IMG/VR virus record: IMGVR_UViG_2778261256_000006
Location: 1-55,611 of that record
DNA length: 55,611 bases
Strand: one strand, 5' to 3'
Source of the DNA: a virus
Taxonomy: Duplodnaviria > Heunggongvirae > Uroviricota > Caudoviricetes
Shown one piece after another: positions 13,695 through 22,957 of this stretch. The position numbers and the translations under genes are program-made. Each line of letters opens with the position of its first letter. Positions within the stretch are counted from its first letter, which is position 1. Below the pieces are notes generated by a model. It saw nothing but the letters and a program-made list of their open reading frames with translations. It ran no database searches and was not told where the DNA came from.

Positions 13695-14430
13695 CTTGAG
13701 CCGCACGCAGTTTTTGCAGATGTTTGCCGTGATGCAGTCTATAAAGCTGATAAACAACCATACAGCAAAAGTAACTCCGCCTGCACTTTTGTGGAAAAAC
13801 GTAAACATCAGCGACAACCAGTTCTCGGTATTAACCAATCTATTGTCATCGACTCCTTTGATGCCGAGCTTGGCTAATCTGCCGTCAGGAAGCACTGCGC
13901 CGATCCTTATTAATCCATTTACGGAAGGTGGATATCTCCCACATTCTGGGCCGGGGTTCGTTGTGATTCCTGAAACCGGAACGCTGAACATCCAAGAAAA
14001 TGCACTCTTCAATGCAATGGAGACGCACATCAGCACCGCATTCACTAATCTGATTCGACACGCTAACGCACGCGCGGATCACGTTGCAATGCCGGGTGCT
14101 GCCTTCGCCAGCTTCTCTGTTGACTATGACCGGCACGCGCCAATTTCAAAGCGGGCGAAACTCTGCTTTTACGAGAAGGGATGTGAAGTAGCGATTATTG
14201 AAGTTCTCCTCCCCCACGTATTCAACGCGAATGAAAAGGCTGCGTGCCAACTTATTGACATCATGCGGCATTTCATCGGCCAGAGCATGATTGATGCAGA
14301 TATTGCTGCAGGCGTTCTGATCAACGATGGCATTCACGTAGTTAACGACATTCCGAAGCCGCCAACTCGCGAGCCGGAGAAGACACTTGAACAGAAACTA
14401 ATGGAATGCCCAACCTGGGCTACGTGGTAA
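13684..14430 (+). CDS. hypothetical protein
   Basis: 248-aa ORF overlapping the sbcC-like stop; no recognised motif. Confidence 0.5.
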   Translation: MSFNLSRTQFLQMFAVMQSIKLINNHTAKVTPPALLWKNVNISDNQFSVLTNLLSSTPLMPSLANLPSGSTAPILINPFTEGGYLPHSGPGFVVIPETGTLNIQENALFNAMETHISTAFTNLIRHANARADHVAMPGAAFASFSVDYDRHAPISKRAKLCFYEKGCEVAIIEVLLPHVFNANEKAACQLIDIMRHFIGQSMIDADIAAGVLINDGIHVVNDIPKPPTREPEKTLEQKLMECPTWATW

Positions 14431-14441
14431 GGAGACCAAAA

Positions 14442-15181
14442 GTGAGAGGAAGAGCGACAAAATTAAGAAAAGATGCGAAACCTATCAATCCCGACGATTT
14501 CGACGGAAATTTCATTAGAGAGTTGGAGCCAATATTTGATTCAAGGGGGCGTAAGCGCCGAATTGTTGAGCTTGAATGCTTTATCTGCGGTCATCGATTC
14601 TCTGCAACCTTGAGAATGCGAAGCGAGTCAGACAGAAGACCTGCTCAAACAAATGTGCCGGAATATATCGCCAGAACGCAGAATATAAAGTCATGGAAAA
14701 CCCTCTGTACTGGACTTGGGCAAGTATGAAGGCGCGTTGTAACAATCCAAATCGGGCAAGATACGAAAAGTATGGAGGACGGGGAATATCTTACGCCACC
14801 GGGTTCGAGGATTTTGATAATTTTTACAGGTATGTTTCCGTACTTGAGGGCTATCCGTTTTCCGATACGGAGAGAGTTGTAGAGGGGGTTACGCTTGATC
14901 GCATCGACTCCAGCAAGGGATATGAACCAGGGAATCTGAGGTGGGCTGACAAGCACGTCCAGAGTGCAAATAAACAAGGGAAAGTGGATGGTAGTACGTC
15001 GAAGTTTACTGGCGTTCATTACTGCAAAACGAACAAGGTTTGGGTTGCTAGAGTTGTGTGGAAAGGAGAGTGTGTCTTCTTGTATCAATGTCACGATGAA
15101 TTGGAGGCTTACTTAGCGCGTAAGCGATTTATCGAAGAGCACAATCTACCGCATTTTGTTGAAATGGAGGTCACAGAGTGA
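14442..15181 (+). CDS. HNH homing-endonuclease-like protein with AP2 domain; apparent frameshift near 14600
   Basis: RBS AAGGAG then GTG at 14442; N-terminal CFICGHRF in frame 0; TCSNKCAG, YGGRGI, HNH-like (GYEPGNLRWAD) and AP2-like (KFTGVHYCKTNKVWVARV) segments in frame 2. Confidence 0.6.
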
Positions 15182-15747
15182 AAAAAGTAATCAAAGTTGC
15201 AGGTCTCGATCCATCTCTGTCAAATTTTGGCGTTGCCATCGGAGAAATAGAACTGGATTCAGGTGCATTGCAGGTCAATAAGTTGCATCTCATTGAGACG
15301 AAAGCTGGTGATACGAAAAAGCAAGTTCGCGTTAACAGTGACGATATGCGGCGGTTGAACGAGATTTGGCGTGGTATTAAGCCACTGATTGACCAAGTTC
15401 ATTTAGTGTTCTGCGAACTGCCAGTAGGCAGTCAATCTGCTAGAGCGATGGTTTCTTATGGTGGTTGTCTTGGCGTACTGGCGTGTGTGGATAAGCCACT
15501 GATACAGGTCACGCCAAACGAGATTAAGTACTATGTCGGGAATAAGCTGACTACGTCGAAAGAAGAGATCATTCAGTGGGCTACGCAGAAGCAGCCAAAC
15601 GCCCCGTGGTTGCGCCGGAAGCAATCGGGCAAGGAAGTGCTGGTGAATAAAAACGAGCACCTTGCGGACGCTGTCGCATCGATTTACACCGGTATGCAAA
15701 CTGATCAATTCCGTCAGGTTCGCGATGTTCTTGCTGGAATTTTATAA
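15178..15747 (+). CDS. RuvC-like Holliday junction resolvase
   Basis: RuvC motif I (VAGLDPSLSNFGVAIG), conserved acidic residues (CELP, HLADAVA); start overlaps the upstream stop. Confidence 0.7.
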   Translation: MKKVIKVAGLDPSLSNFGVAIGEIELDSGALQVNKLHLIETKAGDTKKQVRVNSDDMRRLNEIWRGIKPLIDQVHLVFCELPVGSQSARAMVSYGGCLGVLACVDKPLIQVTPNEIKYYVGNKLTTSKEEIIQWATQKQPNAPWLRRKQSGKEVLVNKNEHLADAVASIYTGMQTDQFRQVRDVLAGIL

Positions 15748-15784
15748 GTTGATAATTGATAGGTAAGTGCTTATCTATTACCAT

Positions 15785-15812
15785 GAGACCACTATATATA
15801 GTGGTCTTTTTA
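15785..15812 (+). terminator. rho-independent terminator
   Basis: Hairpin AGACCACT-ATATAT-AGTGGTCT followed by TTTTTA. Confidence 0.6.
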
Positions 15813-16273
15813 ATTGGGCTACACATAATAAGCATCGTAAAACGTAACGCCCACCGAGCCGCTGCCAGCTGCATGAAGCGCTGACAAAGTTCGCTGTCGA
15901 TTGCACTGGCCCGAGCCAGTTCGAATACCTCTAAGCCGAGTTTAACCACTTTGTGGCCTGGCGCTGCTGGGTCAAAATTGGCGTATCAAAAGAAGTCTAA
16001 AGGAAAGAAAACATGAAATTTACGAAACTGACCGATCATCTGAAACTTGCCGCAGACAAACTCGTGGGGTTTAAACCAGAGCCTTACGAGTTGAATCCCG
16101 GTTTTCCGCACGCCTTGCGGAACTGGAAGAACGAGTGTTTGAACTGGAGAAGCGCATTAATGCGCAAGCTACCGCCATAGCTAATCTGGGCACGACAGTA
16201 GGCATGGAGAAGGTGCGTAATAGCGTTGCTTCTCGTGTTTTGCGTGAAACCCGGATACACAAGGACAGTTCTC

Positions 16274-16531
16274 ATGGAAAATTTTCAACGAAATCGACTG
16301 AAGCCAATGGCCTACGGAGTGATTTTGGCAACTCTGGCAGCGGTTACCGTACCAGCCGGTCAGAGCCTTTTGATGCCGGGCACAACTACTTCCACTGCCA
16401 CCACAGCCTTGCAGATGACACCCCTGCCCGAACGACCTCCTGTCTCTCTGGATGGGATGCTGATGGACACGATTCCAGCTCGACCTGCGACTCCGGATCT
16501 TCCTTCTGCTGTGACTGAGGCTATTGTATGA
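16274..16531 (+). CDS. small hypothetical protein with hydrophobic N-terminal segment
   Basis: ATG with AAGGA RBS; hydrophobic MAYGVILATLAAVTVPAG segment; stop overlaps the next start. Confidence 0.35.
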   Translation: MENFQRNRLKPMAYGVILATLAAVTVPAGQSLLMPGTTTSTATTALQMTPLPERPPVSLDGMLMDTIPARPATPDLPSAVTEAIV

Positions 16532-16716
16532 AATGGAACTTCCAGAAATTCACCTTGATGATTGTTGGCTTTACCGTTTTTTTGTTTAGCGGCTGGATCA
16601 TGAATCTGGTGAAACTTGTGAACGATGGCGATCTTCAGTTTGATGCCGGAGTGACACTTGCGCGTGTCGTGGGAGTTTTCATTGTTCCAGTGGGCGGCAT
16701 CCTCGGGTTCTTTTGA
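16528..16716 (+). CDS. small membrane protein (62 aa)
   Basis: Two hydrophobic segments (LMIVGFTVFLFSGWIM; VVGVFIVPVGGILGFF). Confidence 0.4.
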   Translation: MKWNFQKFTLMIVGFTVFLFSGWIMNLVKLVNDGDLQFDAGVTLARVVGVFIVPVGGILGFF

Positions 16717-16785
16717 TGCTGAATGCTTTTCTGCATTGTTAAAACAAATTGTTTAGACAAATGATTAATGAGAGTTAACAACAAG

Positions 16786-16806
16786 GGCCGCTGACGGCCC
16801 TTTTGT
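16786..16806 (+). terminator. hairpin plus T-tract in the leader of the Rha-like gene (possible attenuator)
   Basis: GGGCCG-CTGA-CGGCCC followed by TTTTG, between the operator-like motif (16741) and the gene start. Confidence 0.45.
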
Positions 16807-16822
16807 ACTGAATGGAAAACGT

Positions 16823-17638
16823 ATGTTTGAGGTAACTGCACACGCTCCCAGCACCACAGGCTTACATGCCAGGCCATCGATGACCAGTCAGGAGATCGCC
16901 GAAATGGTCGGCAGTCGCCATGACAGCGTAAAACGCACCATTGAAAGACTCGCTAAATCCGGCGTTATTACTTTTCCACCAATGGTGGAAAAGCCCACTG
17001 CCGGGCGTCCGGCTACGTTTTACTTGTTCGAAGCCGAACAGGGTAAGCGCGACAGTATCGTTGTCGTGGCACAGCTTTCTCCTGAATTTACCGCACGCCT
17101 TGTTGATCGGTGGAGAGAGCTTGAGTCCATGTTTGCCGACCGCGGAACGCCTGCTATTCCACGTACCTATAAAGAGGCTCTGGTTCATTTGTTACACCAG
17201 GTCGAGGAAAACGAGCGTCTGGAGAAAGAGAACGAAGCGTTAGGCGTTGCACTATCTAACGCAAAACCAAAAGCCATTCTCATGGACACCATTTGCGGCA
17301 CTGCTGATGAGCTTTATGGGCTGAATGAAGCTGGTCGCATTCTCGGCACGTCCGGGGCTGTTCTGGGTTCGCTGATGGACTCGCTGGGTGATGTGTACGT
17401 TAAGCGCAAATACACCACTGTTAACCGCCAGTTCCTCAAGATCTTCATTGACCGCGGATATGGCAAAAACGTTGTCATCGGAAACGGTCGCAACCAGGCC
17501 AAGTTCACCTTTAAAGGGCTTTGCTTTGCAGCTGTGAAACTAATTGCAGCCGGGTTGATTGCCTCCAGCGCCATTGAATATGAGCCGTGTCGTGAGCATG
17601 TCGAACGTGCAATGAAGGAATCCAAACGTCTTCATTGA
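16823..17638 (+). CDS. Rha-family phage regulatory protein / antirepressor-like
   Basis: N-terminal Rha-like segment (SMTSQEIAEMVGSRHDSVKRTIERL), C-terminal antirepressor-like region; true start may be ATG 16880. Confidence 0.65.
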   Translation: MFEVTAHAPSTTGLHARPSMTSQEIAEMVGSRHDSVKRTIERLAKSGVITFPPMVEKPTAGRPATFYLFEAEQGKRDSIVVVAQLSPEFTARLVDRWRELESMFADRGTPAIPRTYKEALVHLLHQVEENERLEKENEALGVALSNAKPKAILMDTICGTADELYGLNEAGRILGTSGAVLGSLMDSLGDVYVKRKYTTVNRQFLKIFIDRGYGKNVVIGNGRNQAKFTFKGLCFAAVKLIAAGLIASSAIEYEPCREHVERAMKESKRLH

Positions 17639-17747
17639 CCGTCAGTATGGACGTCCACCTTTATGTAGCGTTTGGCCACCTTTTCAGTCACGTCACAATA
17701 ACACAATTGAGAAAACAACTTGTTTAAAAACATAAGAAAAAAAACAC

Positions 17748-18320
17748 ATGTGCGAAAAATGCAAAAAAACTAATGCCAAAGTTGAAAGCGTGATTAAAAA
17801 AGTTGGTGCGGCCGAACTGGTTGAGATCATGGGTCTTGTGGTTGGTCACGAAGACGACGCCTCCCCTATTGACCGCCTTTTCAGCGTTCTCAAGTTCTCA
17901 AGCATGATTGATGATCCGATTGAAATTGTGATGCTGGCGCGTCATTTCGGCGAAGCGTATCTGGAAGAGAAAGAACGCGCCGACAAACTTCAGGCAACTC
18001 TGGAAATGGTAAGCAAGCCGAAGTGCTCACCGGATTCAGTCAAGGCAGATGAAACCAACGCCAGCAAAGATCGTGAAATCGCCGGGTTGAAGTCTTCTCT
18101 GGCGATGTTGCTGGCCGCCTTCAAACTGATGTCTTCCCAGGCTGGATTCAAAATGCCTGAGCTGAACAGCGACGATCCGATGGCCGTTCGCCAGCTGCTG
18201 GGGGCAATGGCCGACCAGCTTGACGACACCAAGAGCCGTCTTGAAGACATGATGCGCGAGCTGACCCATCGCCACGACCTGAACAAACAGCCGCAAAAGA
18301 TGCAGCCTTTACATCATTAA
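17748..18320 (+). CDS. hypothetical protein
   Basis: 190-aa ORF preceded by the operator-like motif; no recognised domain. Confidence 0.5.
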   Translation: MCEKCKKTNAKVESVIKKVGAAELVEIMGLVVGHEDDASPIDRLFSVLKFSSMIDDPIEIVMLARHFGEAYLEEKERADKLQATLEMVSKPKCSPDSVKADETNASKDREIAGLKSSLAMLLAAFKLMSSQAGFKMPELNSDDPMAVRQLLGAMADQLDDTKSRLEDMMRELTHRHDLNKQPQKMQPLHH

Positions 18321-18324
18321 TATA

Positions 18325-18345
18325 TAGGGGGCAAAGCCCCCTACT
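18325..18345. terminator. bidirectional hairpin between convergent genes
   Basis: AGGGGGC-AAA-GCCCCCT between the 17748-18320 (+) and 18346-18765 (-) genes. Confidence 0.5.
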
Positions 18346-18765
18346 CTACTTTGCGGCGTCTAACAATAAGCCGCAATTTTCGCTCATGTATGCCGCAGTT
18401 GCCGGATTGCCTCTGTCATTATTCGAATTGTTCATTTCAGGGTGAGCGTCCCAGGCCACTGATTCCTGAGATGATAGATAGACGGCAAAGTCGACGATTT
18501 CATCATCTCCGGTTTTAACGTTGCCAAGCAATTCATTTGCCTTTCTCCAGTGCTTCAGCGCGAGAATTCTGAACTGTTTTGCATTTTCAGCAGGCACTGC
18601 ACTGGATTTGTCTGTGTAGATATTCGATATGTCGGCATAAAGAGCGCATTTAACATAGCTGGTTGCCCTGCCGGTCTCTTTAAAACCTTGCTCTGTGTTG
18701 TTGGCGTAGACATTCACAGCAAAAGCGCTGGCAATTCCCAGCAATATAATTTTCTTCATCATCAT
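18346..18765 (-). CDS. secreted hypothetical protein (signal peptide)
   Basis: MMMKKIILLGIASAFAVNVYA signal peptide; 139 aa. Confidence 0.55.
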   Translation of the reverse strand: MMMKKIILLGIASAFAVNVYANNTEQGFKETGRATSYVKCALYADISNIYTDKSSAVPAENAKQFRILALKHWRKANELLGNVKTGDDEIVDFAVYLSSQESVAWDAHPEMNNSNNDRGNPATAAYMSENCGLLLDAAK

Positions 18766-18936
18766 TACTCAATAAGGAGGCGACAAATATCTTACGTGTA
18801 GTTGTCAGTTGAGTATTAAGTAAACTCAATAAACTTATAAGTATCTCCCTGTGCAGCCTGTGAATCCTTATTTATTACCTACTCAATTTTGAAATAATAA
18901 CACCAACAAAAAAACAATTTGTTTAATGGTGCAATC

Positions 18937-20622
18937 ATGAATACAGCCCTTTCCATCATTGACGCTATCACTCCAAACACTGATATCGACTACCGGCAGG
19001 AAATGAACGTTATCCACGAAATTGTGGCCGAGTGCGAGAAAGAGATCGCATTCATGCATCAGGTTCACGACTTCGTTTATGGCGACGAACGCCACAGCAT
19101 GATTAACCGTCTGCTGCGACTCAACCACCGGCCGGATGACGAGCGCACACGCTTTAACAGAGCCTGGTTGGACAAAGTCGACCTGGAATGGGTGAAACAG
19201 AACATCTGGGCTGAATACTGGAAGAAGGTCACGGATATGACCAACGTTCTGCTGATCATGCCAGCATCCCGCCGCGACGAGTGGCGTGAACAGTTTATCG
19301 AGGGCAAGCAGGAAACGATCAAGACTGACAGAACTGGCTATCAAATGAAGGTTAAAGAGTTCGTTGGTGTACCTGAGTTCAAAGCAGAAACGGTCATACC
19401 AACGATGCTTAATTTGCTGAATGACAGGCACAAATATCTCTCTGAGCGCGTGTATGGCTTGTTTAAGGCGTTGAGTCCTGCTCACAAGACCAATAAGACG
19501 AACGGCTTCAGCGAGCGTCTGATCATCGCCGACTGCATTTCCGATTTCTGGCGGGACAGCGTCAGCGTTAACTACCGGAAAGAGGATTACATAGACGACC
19601 TGCGCGTCATGTTGCATTTCTTTGCACACAAAGAATTTATCACCATCAACCGCACGGCCGAGATGCTGTCAGCTGCGTATCGAGCAAATGACTGCCAGAC
19701 CGGCGACTGGATGAATGTCGACGGAAACCTGATGCGTGTGAAGATGTTTAAGAACGGCAACGTTCACTTTGAAATACATCCTGACGTAGCCTGGAAGCTG
19801 AATGAGGTGCTGGCTTACAGTATGCCTGCAGCAATCCCGGCGCCATGCCGTACTGCACCCAAAACACGGGCACCAAAAGAGTTCGGGTTAATCCAGAAGA
19901 CGATCTCCGAGCCGGTTCGTACCGCGCTGCGCGACGGGCGATTCAGCAAAGATAAAGGCGTCTGGTACTTCTCTGATTCCAACCTCCAGAAGTCGCAGGT
20001 GGAAGAGCTTGAGCGCACACTGAACTTCATTGGCGGCGTGCAGGAGAAAAAGCACTGGCAGTTCCCGTATGAGATCGGCCATACGCTCAATACGATTGTG
20101 GCCACCGGCTTAATACCGGATACAAAATCACACCAGTTCTACCCTACCCCGCGTTTGATAGCGGAGTACGTTGCCAGAGCCATCGAGCTGAAGCAAGGTG
20201 AGAAGCTGCTGGAGCCTGAAGCCGGGCGCGGAGATCTGCTGGCCTGCATCGACGCCAATCCGGAAGACGTTACCTGCATAGAAGTCGCACCTCTCTTCGC
20301 TGATATCCTGCTTGGCAAGGGGTACACAAATACGGTCTGCTGCGACTTCATGAAGTGGTCTGAGGACAACGCAGGTTATCAGTTCGACAAAATCGTTATG
20401 AACCCGCCCTACTCTCTTGGCCGTCACAGAGAGCATACGCTGGCCGCGCTGGAGCATCTTAAAGTCGGCGGGCGACTGGTGGCTGTATTGCCTGGTGATG
20501 CGCCAGTTCTGAACTGGATGTCGCTGGATAATTACGTTTATGCCAAAGGGAAGTCGTTTACTGACGAGTTTGAAGACACCGGGATTACTGTCAGCGTATA
20601 CGTTTTTAAACGCGTTAAATGA
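18937..20622 (+). CDS. DNA N6-adenine methyltransferase (orphan) with large N-terminal domain of unknown function
   Basis: C-terminal SAM-binding motif I (LEPEAGRGDLL) and catalytic NPPY (VMNPPYS); about 380-aa N-terminal extension; no cognate endonuclease adjacent. Confidence 0.75.
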   Translation: MNTALSIIDAITPNTDIDYRQEMNVIHEIVAECEKEIAFMHQVHDFVYGDERHSMINRLLRLNHRPDDERTRFNRAWLDKVDLEWVKQNIWAEYWKKVTDMTNVLLIMPASRRDEWREQFIEGKQETIKTDRTGYQMKVKEFVGVPEFKAETVIPTMLNLLNDRHKYLSERVYGLFKALSPAHKTNKTNGFSERLIIADCISDFWRDSVSVNYRKEDYIDDLRVMLHFFAHKEFITINRTAEMLSAAYRANDCQTGDWMNVDGNLMRVKMFKNGNVHFEIHPDVAWKLNEVLAYSMPAAIPAPCRTAPKTRAPKEFGLIQKTISEPVRTALRDGRFSKDKGVWYFSDSNLQKSQVEELERTLNFIGGVQEKKHWQFPYEIGHTLNTIVATGLIPDTKSHQFYPTPRLIAEYVARAIELKQGEKLLEPEAGRGDLLACIDANPEDVTCIEVAPLFADILLGKGYTNTVCCDFMKWSEDNAGYQFDKIVMNPPYSLGRHREHTLAALEHLKVGGRLVAVLPGDAPVLNWMSLDNYVYAKGKSFTDEFEDTGITVSVYVFKRVK

Positions 20623-20684
20623 TAGGTAAATACTTACCTAATCTAGGTAAGAATATAGTGACTATATGATAAGAGAAAAAACAC

Positions 20685-21374
20685 ATGAGCAATCTTCCGT
20701 TAGAGCGTTTTAACGTCAAAAGCCATGCCGACTTTCCTTTCAAATTTGTAATGAGAGGTTATGCAGAGGAAGCAGTAGGCCAGATCATCATTGACAAAGG
20801 CATTGTTAAGTTTGAAGGGGATTATGATGAATCCGCGAAAACATTCATAGACTTCGTTGCTAAACGTTGGAGCGAGCAATGGAGAGACCTGGAAAAACGT
20901 GCTCGTGAATTTGATACATTCATGTCTGCAATTGATACAGCAAAAACGGCTCTGGCTGCGGGTACTCCGTTAGATTTGGAGTCTCTGTTTAAAGGTGAAA
21001 TGGCCTCTGCGATGTTCGCAACCATGTTTGCCGGTGAGTTTGTTCGTAGCGGGGCCAGAAACTACCTGGAGCTGGGGTACGACGTTCCTGAAATGGGTGA
21101 GTTTACCGTCACCATTCAACGCAAAGAAGGTAAGGCTCCTGGCGAACGTATCGCTGAACTTGAGGCCGTTGTGGATCAGCGTAATGGAGAATGTGATCGT
21201 TTGGTCAACGAACTTGATGCTCTCCGGGAAGAGAAAATATGCACGGGTAGCAACACACGCAATGCAGCGGATATCTACTTCCAGTTAGTTGAGGAATGCC
21301 AGATCCCGCCAGGCGGCTCTTTGGTTGAGTATGTTCGCGAATTGCAGGAGAAAGGAGAGAGGTGCGCGGCATGA
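20685..21374 (+). CDS. hypothetical protein
   Basis: 229-aa ORF; coiled-coil-like C-terminal region. Confidence 0.5.
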   Translation: MSNLPLERFNVKSHADFPFKFVMRGYAEEAVGQIIIDKGIVKFEGDYDESAKTFIDFVAKRWSEQWRDLEKRAREFDTFMSAIDTAKTALAAGTPLDLESLFKGEMASAMFATMFAGEFVRSGARNYLELGYDVPEMGEFTVTIQRKEGKAPGERIAELEAVVDQRNGECDRLVNELDALREEKICTGSNTRNAADIYFQLVEECQIPPGGSLVEYVRELQEKGERCAA

Positions 21375-21652
21375 ATGACCTGCTTGTCGAGCGAGCCTCC
21401 GCTTTTGTTAAGTCCTCGCTGGACAATCCCCTCACCCGCGGTGAGCAGATGGAGCTGGCAAGGTGGTTTCTGCATATCCATGAGCAGATGGAAGTTTTTA
21501 AACAGTTGCCGGATCTGCCCATTACAGACGGCCATGTTCAGCAAGTGATTAACAGCCACGAAAAAGGCTGGGCGATGATTGTGCCGTGCAAAATTACCTA
21601 CGAGCTGGCTAAGGAAGTGCAGGCTAACAGAGCAAGGAGTAAGGAAGAGTAA
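21371..21652 (+). CDS. hypothetical protein
   Basis: 94-aa ORF overlapping the upstream stop. Confidence 0.45.
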   Translation: MNDLLVERASAFVKSSLDNPLTRGEQMELARWFLHIHEQMEVFKQLPDLPITDGHVQQVINSHEKGWAMIVPCKITYELAKEVQANRARSKEE

Positions 21653-21654
21653 CT

Positions 21655-22371
21655 ATGAAGTTGGGTAATGCCGTTTCGCTGTTTTTTACAGCATTACTGG
21701 AAGGTTTCAATTATCGCTTTTGTCCGGTCTGGGATAAGGCGCTGGATACGCTTATTGAGGTGCGAAATGGGATCGCGCTGTTTGAGCGCGACGCCCAGCT
21801 ATATGAAGTGTTCGTCGGGGCTGGCTTCAACCACTTCGGGCATCTTATTAGCTTGAATAGTGGAACCGTAGAGATGCAGATCGCGGCGCTTCTGCATGAT
21901 GTGGTTGAAGACACCCATGTCACCATAGAGATGGTTCGTGAGCACTTCGGTGAGCGCGTAGCCGAAATGGTTCTGGCTCTGACCAACATTGCCAGACCAG
22001 AAGACGGCAATCGAATACAGCGTTTCATCATCAACGTCCGGGAGCTGCAGCAAAGCCTCGACATGCAGACGCGCATGATCAAGCTGGCTGACCTGCTGGA
22101 CAATACCTCTTCTATTGTGAGTCGCGACCCTGAGTTTTCAGCCATCTATCTCGCAGAGAAAGAGCTGATGCTGGCCGTACTCTTTGACGGCAAGGAGATT
22201 GGTGCCGATGCCGGCGTTGTCGAGTACCTGGAGAAAAAAGGTATAGAGCATTCGTTGCTGATAAACGCCCGGGCGATGGTGACGAAAGGCATTGCCAGTC
22301 TGCAACCGGTACACACCAAACGTTATGAAAAACACAAAGCGCTGATCTGGAACGCGTGGGAGGCTGCATGA
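21655..22371 (+). CDS. HD-domain (p)ppGpp hydrolase-like protein (small alarmone hydrolase, SpoT/Mesh1-type HD domain)
   Basis: HD motifs HFGHLISL, AALLHDVVEDT, FGERVAEMVLALT, IKLADLLDN match the RelA/SpoT hydrolase-domain signature; no synthetase domain. Confidence 0.7.
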   Translation: MKLGNAVSLFFTALLEGFNYRFCPVWDKALDTLIEVRNGIALFERDAQLYEVFVGAGFNHFGHLISLNSGTVEMQIAALLHDVVEDTHVTIEMVREHFGERVAEMVLALTNIARPEDGNRIQRFIINVRELQQSLDMQTRMIKLADLLDNTSSIVSRDPEFSAIYLAEKELMLAVLFDGKEIGADAGVVEYLEKKGIEHSLLINARAMVTKGIASLQPVHTKRYEKHKALIWNAWEAA

Positions 22372-22919
22372 AGGTCGAGAAATTAGATGTTCTTTCCTTT
22401 GTGCTGACGGATCTGGAACGTCTCGACCCGGTACGCGTAATGATTGAAAACTACGAGCCGGGCAAGGGAAGAGTCACCATCACCTGCTATGGGAAAGCGT
22501 GGACTGCTGCCTGGTTCGCGATGGGCGGTGACGATGTGCAGACGTTTATTAAGCGAATGAGCAACGATTATTTGATTGGTTGCCTCGACCCTCAACTGCG
22601 AAGCACGGTCGACGATGACAACGACGCAAATCTGCTTTTCGTGAAATCCGAAATCATAAAGTTACGCAGGGAGAGAGAAATCGACGCGGAACAGGCCCGC
22701 AATATGTGGGACGAGGCAGAAAACGCTGATGACGTAAAAGAAAGTTGCTGCTGTTTCGGTGTCGGTAACGAACTGCTGAGTCTGTTTGGTGACGATCCGT
22801 GGTATGCCGGTTGGCCAACGGTGCCAAACCCCAAATACCAATACCTGGAGCGTATCTTGAACGCGGTACGTGATGGGCTGAAAGAGCTTCACGATCAGGC
22901 GAGAGAAGCAATCGGTTAA
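22368..22919 (+). CDS. hypothetical protein
   Basis: 184-aa ORF overlapping the upstream stop; acidic. Confidence 0.45.
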   Translation: MKVEKLDVLSFVLTDLERLDPVRVMIENYEPGKGRVTITCYGKAWTAAWFAMGGDDVQTFIKRMSNDYLIGCLDPQLRSTVDDDNDANLLFVKSEIIKLRREREIDAEQARNMWDEAENADDVKESCCCFGVGNELLSLFGDDPWYAGWPTVPNPKYQYLERILNAVRDGLKELHDQAREAIG

Positions 22920-22957
22920 GTGCTATAGTCAGGCGCTTTTATATTTATGGAGTGAAT

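Noticed and set aside
14406-14729. 107-aa ORF called as a separate gene
   Set aside because: Better explained as the N-terminal, frameshifted part of the HNH-AP2 endonuclease gene than as an independent gene.
16135-16518. 127-aa ORF with GTG start overlapping small ORFs
   Set aside because: Overlaps a better-supported ATG/RBS-initiated ORF (16274-16531) in another frame; its C-terminal half is Ser/Gly/Asp low-complexity. A short coiled-coil-like N-terminal stretch leaves some doubt.
18883-19629. 248-aa minus-strand ORF
   Set aside because: Antisense to the methyltransferase gene, which has NPPY and SAM-binding motifs; no features of its own.
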